Shown piece after piece: positions 35,038-41,383 of a stretch of 41,383 bases of DNA. Below the pieces are notes generated by a model that was not told the origin of the DNA, made no database searches, and saw nothing but the letters and a program-made list of their open reading frames with translations. Made by a program: the position numbers and the translations under genes. The DNA is from a virus (lineage: Duplodnaviria > Caudoviricetes), in the IMG/VR virus record IMGVR_UViG_3300021560_000858, positions 1 to 41,383 of that record. One strand, 5' to 3'. The first letter of the stretch is position 1. Each line of letters opens with the position of its first letter.

Positions 35038-37211
35038 GCCCGGCGGAACCAATAGCCACGAGAAAGATTGTCCCGGTGCCGCTGCATCCAGAACCCATGA
35101 TCACGCAGCAGCATCTGCTTCTCCTCTACCCAGCGCGCGAACTTCCCGCCAGTGGCACTCGGCAACGCATCGAAGCCAACCCCGTGCTGATGCATGAAAT
35201 CAACGATCTGACGAATTGAGTAAATAAACTCGCCGCCCTGGTTCTCCTGATCCCAAAGATCGACCAGAGCATTCATCCAGGGATCATTGGCGTTCAGGGC
35301 CTCGGCTCGCTGGGCGCGCTCTCGCTCGTAGAGGTCCCTGGCGTCGAGCCCCAGGCTGCTCAGCACCAGACCGACACTCGCGACTCGCCAGGGCGTAGCC
35401 TGCCTGACACGCTGCGGAGCCTCGGCGTAGTACCTGCATATCTGCTTGAAGACATACCCCCTTATCAGGGGCAACTGGGAGTCGATCACGTTTCGCAGAG
35501 AATCGGCGTCGAGGCGATCATCACCTTCCAGGCGCGGCTGACAGACGACGATGCGGCTGGCCAGGTCGCCCTTGTAGACGTCCCAATTGGTAGTGGTGAT
35601 GATGATCGCGCGGCGCATGGCCACGAGCTCGACGTCGTCCGTCCAGAGTCTTCGCAAACTGACCACGTACTCCGTGACGAGCCTGGAGAGAACATCCTCC
35701 ACGGCCGCCGGCAAGCTGGACACATTGTCCAGGAGCAACGCCGGACTCCTCTGCAAGGTACGAATGAGCTGTCGGTCATCGAGCTCGCGACGCGTCCCGG
35801 CGTCGATCTCCGGACAAGTCGGCTCGACCACGCCGAGGAGCGCGCGAGCGAGAGTCGATTTGCCCGTGTTGCCATACCCCCTCAGCAGCAGGATCGGCGT
35901 CTCCTGCCCCGTCAAGCAACAGATCATCCAGGCCAAGGCGAGATGCCTCTCCAGCTCGCTCAGGCCGAAGAGGTCGCAGAATCGATTCCAGGCGTGCTCG
36001 TCACCAGAAACATCCGCTCTCGCGGGCCGACGGGCGGGACCCGGGGCCAGCAGCTTGCCACTGGGGCAGTCCGGGATCACGTCGATGCCCTCGGCGGAGC
36101 AACAGTAGCAGTCCAGGCCGGCGTCAGGCCGCCAGTACATGGACTTCCCGTCCTGCCAGACGCGATAGTAGTCCATGACCGGTTCGGTGTAGAGCTTGTT
36201 GCGAGCCAGGTTGAGCGTCTCTTTGGCCTGCCGGTCCGTCGGCATATCGCCAGTGATCGCCTGCCACAAGGATGAGCAGTTGCTGACGTCCAGCTTGACC
36301 AGGTGCTCGGTCCCAGGCCAAACCACCGCGCCTGAATGCAATACGCAGAGCTGGCTGACCACGTCTCGGGGGGCAGGCTGCTTGCGGCCATTCTGGCGCA
36401 GGCCAGAGATGACCAAGGCCAGGTCCCCACCGGCCATGAGGAAGTCAGCCGCATCCCCCTTGCTCGGCAGCTTGAGGGTCTCTGGATCGATCAGGACGAC
36501 CGGCTGCACATGACGTTCCAGGAGTCTCTTCCGCAGCAGACTCATCGCCTTGCGTCCGGGAGGGTCGTTGTCCGGCCAGAGCGCGACCATGGACGGCTGG
36601 ACTTCGAGGATGCGCTTGGCCATGATCTCGACGGTCCCGTCGGCCATCAGGTCCTGTGTGGACCCGGCGGTGATGGCTTTGACGTGGTCGATGCACTGGC
36701 AGTTCAGTGCGTCAGCGGCCTTCTCGCCCTCGGTGACGATCACGAAGTCGCCGCGCTCCAACCCCATATCTCCGTAGAGGGGCCAGTACGTTGCTGGCCG
36801 TGTCCATTCGCCAGATGGCGCCTGGAACTTGAAGCCCTTGGGATGATGGGCGTACTCGATACGCCAGTGACGATGAGAGAGCTCTCCGTTCGGCCAATGG
36901 TAGGCATAGTTCCATCGGGCGAGCTCGACGCGGGGAAGACTGAGTGATTTCTTGTCGGAGTGTCCGTTGGATGGTACCTGTACGGCCAGAGCCTGAGCCA
37001 CCTTGTCGAGTGGGATGGAGGACTGGGGGGAACAGACTCGGCAATGGAAGACGCCGACGTCGAGGTTGAGGCTGGCTGACCTGATCCGGTCGTCATGCAG
37101 TGGGCACTGGCAGTCGAGCCAGCGTTCTCCGGTCGAGCTCGTGCGTGTGCGGGCGGAGCGATTGGAGAGCTTGAGTCTGAGCTGGTCTACGAGATCGGGG
37201 CTGATGCCCAC
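35034..37211 (-). CDS. Primase-helicase (Zn finger, TOPRIM, SF3/D5-like helicase)
   Basis: CPLHDD...FHCRVC, VTEGEKAADA, WPDNDPPG, KGDAAD, Walker A GYGNTGKST, LLLDNV, IIITT. Confidence 0.88.
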   Translation of the reverse strand: MGISPDLVDQLRLKLSNRSARTRTSSTGERWLDCQCPLHDDRIRSASLNLDVGVFHCRVCSPQSSIPLDKVAQALAVQVPSNGHSDKKSLSLPRVELARWNYAYHWPNGELSHRHWRIEYAHHPKGFKFQAPSGEWTRPATYWPLYGDMGLERGDFVIVTEGEKAADALNCQCIDHVKAITAGSTQDLMADGTVEIMAKRILEVQPSMVALWPDNDPPGRKAMSLLRKRLLERHVQPVVLIDPETLKLPSKGDAADFLMAGGDLALVISGLRQNGRKQPAPRDVVSQLCVLHSGAVVWPGTEHLVKLDVSNCSSLWQAITGDMPTDRQAKETLNLARNKLYTEPVMDYYRVWQDGKSMYWRPDAGLDCYCCSAEGIDVIPDCPSGKLLAPGPARRPARADVSGDEHAWNRFCDLFGLSELERHLALAWMICCLTGQETPILLLRGYGNTGKSTLARALLGVVEPTCPEIDAGTRRELDDRQLIRTLQRSPALLLDNVSSLPAAVEDVLSRLVTEYVVSLRRLWTDDVELVAMRRAIIITTTNWDVYKGDLASRIVVCQPRLEGDDRLDADSLRNVIDSQLPLIRGYVFKQICRYYAEAPQRVRQATPWRVASVGLVLSSLGLDARDLYERERAQRAEALNANDPWMNALVDLWDQENQGGEFIYSIRQIVDFMHQHGVGFDALPSATGGKFARWVEEKQMLLRDHGFWMQRHRDNLSRGYWFRRA

Positions 37212-37479
37212 TCATTGGTTCCTCCTGGTTGTGTTCCCGAACCGCCGGTCCCGGCGGGGGAGCTGGTGGCCTTACCAGCTCCCCCCTCATTCGCTGGGAA
37301 CACAGCGGAGGAGGTGATGGTAGCAGGCCAGTAGGGCTGATGTCAACAACTCGCCGGGTAGGTTAGCTCGGCCCTGGGCTGGCCGGGTCCTGGCGCGTCA
37401 TGGGCACACCCGGGTGAGTTGTAGAGGTGACAGGTCGACCGCCAGTCTTTGCCACGGCCGTCGGCTCCCCCACCACATG

Positions 37480-37900
37480 TAGAAACTCCACTACTAGTAG
37501 TAGTATTCTTAAAAGTGGAGAAAAAAGAGTACCGCTGGCCTGTCATCTCGTCACCTCTCAACTCCATTCGTGATCTTGACAATTCTATTTTCCGGTTGTC
37601 ACCGACTTGTCATTTTCTACGGCCTGAGCCCTCTCCATAGGAATTGGTACCGGACCATCGAGCTTAAAGCCACCAATTTCCAACACACCATTATTCAACG
37701 AGTCGGCATTGCCGATTGGTTGGACCATACGCCTGTTCCCAGGCAGGACAATGTGGCATTTTGTCCAGATTATGACAATACCGTATACGATATCTTAGTA
37801 ATCTTAGTGACGAGTCCGTGACAAGCTACCATAATGTTATAGAGACTCTATCACTTACATATAGAGTATCGCACGGGTCAACTGGGGAAATCTTCAGAAA
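37480..37900. other. Putative replication origin (AT-rich, inverted TGTCA iterons)
   Basis: The most AT-rich stretch in the window, next to the primase. GTTGTCACCGACTTGTCAT (37595-37613) is an imperfect inverted copy of GTGACGAGTCCGTGACAAG (37808-37826). Confidence 0.6.
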
Positions 37901-37918
37901 AAAAGTCGGCTCAAAGGG

Positions 37919-37948
37919 TTGACAGGCCGCTAGCTGATCCGATAGGAT
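37919..37948 (+). promoter_or_regulatory. Sigma70-type early promoter
   Basis: TTGACA-N18-TAGGAT. Confidence 0.75.
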
Positions 37949-37954
37949 GGCGCC

Positions 37955-38335
37955 ATCGCCTCGGACGGTGGGCCGGATCTCGGCCCTGGAGCTACCCGAG
38001 GCGGCGCGACGGACCGGTGGTGGAGGTGCCGACCGGGCGTAAGTGAAGAGTCAGCCAGTCCAGGGGACTGCCACGGCGTCGCTGCCGTAGGCCCTCTGGC
38101 CGAAAGCTATGACCCGGATCAGGTGTTCGGCCGAAAGCCCACCACCTATCAACGCCAGGACAGGGCTGTCCCGTTGGACAGCTCACAGCCTGGGGTCGCG
38201 TGAGACGCGCACGCGATCGGTAGTGAGGCATTGACAAGCCGCATCCTGTCTCCACTTCGGGGGACCGGCGGCCGGGTGATCCCCACTCGGCCCCCGGATA
38301 GGACGGCTCAGACGTCCCGTCTGGCCGTACCCTCT
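37955..38335 (+). ncRNA. Candidate large structured RNA / early leader
   Basis: About 400 nt with no credible ORF and many nested stems (see findings). Confidence 0.55.
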
Positions 38336-38351
38336 ACCCAGGGAGCAAGCT

Positions 38352-38579
38352 GTGAAGAAGCTTACGAAGGCGCAAGCGGACAAGCTCATGGCCGCGTTTG
38401 ACGAGCTGGACGACGTCCAGAACGTCACCGACGCGTTGAGCGAGCTGTGCACGGACGGTGAGTCCGAGGACCGCGAGGAGGACACGGAGCTGACGCAGAG
38501 CGCGTTGGCCGACTGGTTGGACGGAGTCCGCAAGGTCGTCGACGTGGCCGAGCAGATTGGCCTGAGGGTCTCGTGGTGA
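38352..38579 (+). CDS. First early gene, small acidic protein
   Basis: RBS ACCCAGGGAG; acidic core TDGESEDREEDTE. Confidence 0.75.
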   Translation: MKKLTKAQADKLMAAFDELDDVQNVTDALSELCTDGESEDREEDTELTQSALADWLDGVRKVVDVAEQIGLRVSW

Positions 38580-38812
38580 CACGCATGTACTACGTGCAGA
38601 CCGTTCCGTACGCCGCGCTCCAGTGCGACACGTTCGAGCTCGCGCTCACCGAGTGGCGTCAGAGAGCCGAGTCTCATCTGAGACTCGGTTGGACACTGCG
38701 TCGGCTACGGCGACGGCCCATGGCCCGCGACGGCCATCTACTGGAAGCCGAGTTCATGAACTCGGCTTCCTACCGCGTCCACAAGGTCACGGTGTACGCG
38801 TTCGGTTCGTGA
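38576..38812 (+). CDS. Hypothetical early protein
   Basis: GTGA overlap with the upstream gene. Confidence 0.65.
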   Translation: MTRMYYVQTVPYAALQCDTFELALTEWRQRAESHLRLGWTLRRLRRRPMARDGHLLEAEFMNSASYRVHKVTVYAFGS

Positions 38813-38889
38813 CAGGGTACGGACCGGGCGAAGGCCCGGTCCCGTCCTATCCGGGCATCCCAGTCCGGGAATACCTGAGGAGCAGAGAC

Positions 38890-39243
38890 ATGGACACGAG
38901 AGATCAGGTTCTCGTCGAGATCATCGTTGACGGCGTCGTCAAGTCGCAGTACCGGCTCGACCCGACCGGCGAGAGCGACGACGACGGCAACCCGTGCGTG
39001 GCTGCTTGCATCTTCGACGGCGCCAATGGTGACCCGTGCGGCCGCGTCATCCAGCTCGCCCGCGAGTGCGGGTGGGATGGCGACTGGTCAAATGATCCCG
39101 ACCAGATCGACTGGGCCGACGACGACGCCCTCGACTGGCTGAATGAGCACCTGTCCGCCAGCAACGGCGAGGCGTACTCGTTCGGCTTCAGCGACGGCGA
39201 CTTCTTCCTCGCCAACGACGCGTGGTGGTCGCTCGATTCGTAG
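38890..39243 (+). CDS. Highly acidic early protein (117 aa)
   Basis: SD GAGGAG before ATG 38890; D/W-rich; ends F.DGDFFL. Confidence 0.75.
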   Translation: MDTRDQVLVEIIVDGVVKSQYRLDPTGESDDDGNPCVAACIFDGANGDPCGRVIQLARECGWDGDWSNDPDQIDWADDDALDWLNEHLSASNGEAYSFGFSDGDFFLANDAWWSLDS

Positions 39244-39244
39244 C

Positions 39245-39374
39245 GCGGAGGACAGCGGTTCGATACCGCTGTAACGCGGCGGCACGGTTCCAAGCCCGTG
39301 CATTCTGGCCCGCGTTGGAGACGCTACTCGTGGAGGGGTAGGCCAGTGGCCTAAACGCCGCCAATACACTCCGC
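39245..39374 (+). ncRNA. Candidate tRNA-like structured RNA
   Basis: Closing stem GCGGAG/CTCCGC, T-arm-like ACAGCGG-TTCGATA-CCGCTGT, and further nested stems. Confidence 0.45.
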
Positions 39375-39476
39375 ACACGCTGTCTGTTCTGCTAGAATGG
39401 ACAGCGTTAGACCTGACCTACGAGGAGGACGGGCGCCGGCCCGGCGGATCGGGCCAACCCCAAGGAGCGAGACAGA

Positions 39477-40478
39477 ATGCCAGCCAACACCGAAGAGACC
39501 GTCTTCGCGCGTGGCCTGCCGGCCTGGCACGGCACGGGCACGGTGCTGCCGGACGACGCCATGGACTTCGAGACCATCGCCAGGCACGTGCCGCAGATCG
39601 AGATGCCGGTGGAGCCCTGCCCGATCTACTACATCGCGGCTGACGGCAAGCCGGTCCGGATCGAGGACCAGGTGGCCAACGTGCGGGCTGACGGCACCTA
39701 TCTGGGGGTTGTCGGCGAGGGTTACCGGGCTGTCCAGGGGCGGGAGGCGTTTGGCTTCCTGTCCGAGCTGCTGAGGCCCGGTGGCGACGGCCTGCGCGAG
39801 GTGATCGCGGACACGGCCGGGACCCTGGACGGCGGGCGCAAGATGTTCATCGCCTGTCGGGCCAGTCGGCAGTTCTACGTGGCCGGTCAGGACAGCGAGT
39901 CCCACACCGGGTACATGACCTTCCTGAACAGCTTCGACGGCAGCACCAGGGTGGGCGCGGTGGTCAGCACCGTCCGCACGGTCTGCGAGAACACCTTCAA
40001 CGCCAACCTGTCGGGCCACAAGGCGGCCTACTGGTTCAGGCACACCGTCAGCGTCGGCGAGCGGATCGCGGAGGCGCGTCGGGCTCTGAGCGTGGCCGGG
40101 CGCTACTGGTCCGCCTACGAGGACCAGTGCAACAAGCTGGTTCGGGCCCCGCTGGCCAGCGCCGACTGGGATCGGCTCCTCGATCACCTGGTGGCCGACC
40201 CGAGCAAGCTTCAGGACAAGGCGCGGGCGCAGGCCAACGCGGAGCGCGAGCGCGAGGAGCTGACCCTCCTCTACGTCAACGCGCCGGACGTGCAGAACGT
40301 GCGGGGCACGGCCTACGCCGCGCTCCAGGCGTGCACGGCCTGGTCCGACCACTTCGTCCGGGGCCGACGTTCGGAGAAGTCGTCCATCGCGGAGAACAGG
40401 ACGCGGCGCATCCTGCTCGATGCCAGCTTCAAGCAGAAGGCGTACGACGCCATCTGCGAGATGGCGGAGGTGAGGTAG
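39477..40478 (+). CDS. DUF932 family phage/plasmid protein (TIGR03299-like)
   Basis: PAWHGTG, LGVVGEGYRAVQ..EAF, TAGTLDGGR, NSFDGS, VRTVCENT, RHT, RGTAYAALQA. Confidence 0.85.
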   Translation: MPANTEETVFARGLPAWHGTGTVLPDDAMDFETIARHVPQIEMPVEPCPIYYIAADGKPVRIEDQVANVRADGTYLGVVGEGYRAVQGREAFGFLSELLRPGGDGLREVIADTAGTLDGGRKMFIACRASRQFYVAGQDSESHTGYMTFLNSFDGSTRVGAVVSTVRTVCENTFNANLSGHKAAYWFRHTVSVGERIAEARRALSVAGRYWSAYEDQCNKLVRAPLASADWDRLLDHLVADPSKLQDKARAQANAEREREELTLLYVNAPDVQNVRGTAYAALQACTAWSDHFVRGRRSEKSSIAENRTRRILLDASFKQKAYDAICEMAEVR

Positions 40479-40766
40479 ATGAAGATCATCGTCGAGAGCG
40501 GTTTCGGGTTCAGCGGCTGCACGTACGAGGACGAGTTGGAGGTGTACGACACGGACGTCGTCTACCTCACGCCAGACGAGCTGGAGAACCTCCTCTATGA
40601 TCAGGCACGGGATCTGGCCTCCCAGTATCTGGAGTACAACCTCTACCACGAGGATATTGGAGATCGGGGCTACGCGGATACCAAGCGGCCGGTGGCCAAT
40701 GACGACGACTTCCGGCGGATCATCAACGAGGCGCGGGCGCGCGAGGGCCTGGAGCCGATCCAGTAG
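40479..40766 (+). CDS. Acidic hypothetical protein (95 aa)
   Basis: SD GGAGGTGAGG; abuts the DUF932 stop. Confidence 0.7.
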   Translation: MKIIVESGFGFSGCTYEDELEVYDTDVVYLTPDELENLLYDQARDLASQYLEYNLYHEDIGDRGYADTKRPVANDDDFRRIINEARAREGLEPIQ

Positions 40767-40888
40767 CGCGCGCATGTGAGGATGGGGTAGCGCAACGGGC
40801 GACCGTTGTGCTACCCTACCGAGACTGGACCTGTGGTTGATGGTCCAGACGCAGCGCGGCGGATACCGCGCATACCAAGGAGACAAGA

Positions 40889-41155
40889 ATGATGCGCAAG
40901 GTGATCGTGGTGCTTCCGAGTGGTTGGGTGCTGGTTGGTGACACGGCGGAGGCCGGCGTGCCGTCGACGCTCGGCGACGCCAGCGTGATCAGGCGTTGGG
41001 ACGCCGGCAAGGGGCTGGGGCACCTGGCGCAGGGAGGGCCGGCGGCGTCGAGTATGACGCTGAGCCCGTGCAATGGCGTGGTCACTCTGGGTCAGGTGCT
41101 GTTCACGATCGAGTGCGTCCCCGACGCCTGGGCCGTCGCAGCCGGCAATGCCTGA
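40889..41155 (+). CDS. DUF6948-like small beta-barrel protein
   Basis: VIVVL..GWV.VG...ASVIRRW...GLG.LA..GP pattern, recalled as commonly preceding GYG-repeat ORFs in phages; RBS CCAAGGAG. Confidence 0.65.
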   Translation: MMRKVIVVLPSGWVLVGDTAEAGVPSTLGDASVIRRWDAGKGLGHLAQGGPAASSMTLSPCNGVVTLGQVLFTIECVPDAWAVAAGNA

Positions 41156-41267
41156 CGGCGACGACGGCTACGGCGACGGCTACGTCGGCTACGGCGACGG
41201 CTACGGCTACGGCGGCTACGGCCACGGCGACGGCTACGGCGGCTACGGCTACGGTGATGATGCCTGA
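41148..41267 (+). CDS. 39-aa Gly-Tyr-Gly/Asp repeat peptide
   Basis: ATGCCTGA overlap with the upstream stop; MPDGDDGYGDGYVGYG... Confidence 0.55.
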   Translation: MPDGDDGYGDGYVGYGDGYGYGGYGHGDGYGGYGYGDDA

Positions 41268-41383
41268 CGGCTACATCGGCTACGGCGATGGCGGCTACGG
41301 CGATGGCTACGGCTTCGGCGACGGCTACGGCTACGACGACGGCGGCTACCGCTACGGCGACGGCTACGGCTACGGCTACGGCT
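41257..41383 (+). CDS. 5' part of the second GYG-repeat protein (continues to 158; about 72 aa in total)
   Basis: Second ATGCCTGA overlap; open frame through the junction. Confidence 0.55.
   Translation, partial: MMPDGYIGYGDGGYGDGYGFGDGYGYDDGGYRYGDGYGYGYG

Noticed and set aside
38024-38110. Cobalamin riboswitch or hammerhead ribozyme (AGGTGCC, TGAAGAG, GGACTGCC, CGAAA)
   Set aside because: There is no GGGAA/B12 box. The hammerhead core would need CTGANGA with a paired stem II and a stem III, which do not form.
38187-38222. Group II intron domain V
   Set aside because: The AGC triad has no complementary 3' strand, and no reverse transcriptase or maturase is present.
39332-39410. Intact tRNA-Tyr gene
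   Set aside because: No anticodon arm, downstream T-arm or matching acceptor 3' strand follows the D-arm-like segment.
39351-40886. 511-aa - strand ORF and other long antisense ORFs (e.g. 5161-6282, 28302-29288, 29304-30242)
   Set aside because: These are shadow frames of well-supported genes in high-GC DNA, with no motifs or RBS.
41156-41383. GGCTAC repeats as a CRISPR array
   Set aside because: They are codon-phased low-complexity repeats with no constant repeat and unique spacer structure.

Overview
This looks like a complete, circularly assembled genome of a high-GC tailed phage. Bases 1-63 are identical to 41321-41383, so the unit length is about 41,320 bp. A short-tailed (podovirus-like) virion is inferred because no tape-measure or sheath gene is seen and a 1683-aa ejection-type protein is present. 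Two divergent arms start from an AT-rich intergenic region (about 37450-37920) with inverted TGTCA repeats, the likely origin. The + arm (37950 through the junction to about 9330) carries: a structured RNA leader, small acidic early proteins, DUF932, a DUF6948-like protein with Gly-Tyr-Gly repeat peptides, a GIY-YIG nuclease, a ParB-like protein, an HTH protein, an SNF2-like helicase, a Cas4-like nuclease and many Cys-rich microproteins. The - arm (37211 down to 9139) carries: primase-helicase, Hjc-type resolvase, large terminase, portal, ejection proteins, scaffold, major capsid, small basic proteins, tail adaptor, a ClpX-like AAA+ ATPase, nozzle and fibre candidates, an amidase endolysin and holin candidates. 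No integrase, DNA polymerase, ParA, ClpP or obvious small terminase was recognised. The best novelty candidates are: (1) a ClpX-like ATPase lacking the IGF loop inside the tail module, alongside small late proteins sharing an RKGK-type basic tail; (2) an RNA layer on the early arm, comprising a ~400-nt structured leader, an inverted element pair that could loop out two genes, a tRNA-like element and a ~57-nt candidate sRNA complementary to several early ribosome-binding sites; (3) a terminase with a degenerate nuclease motif coupled to a resolvase. All protein calls come from motif recognition by eye; no database search or folding program was run.
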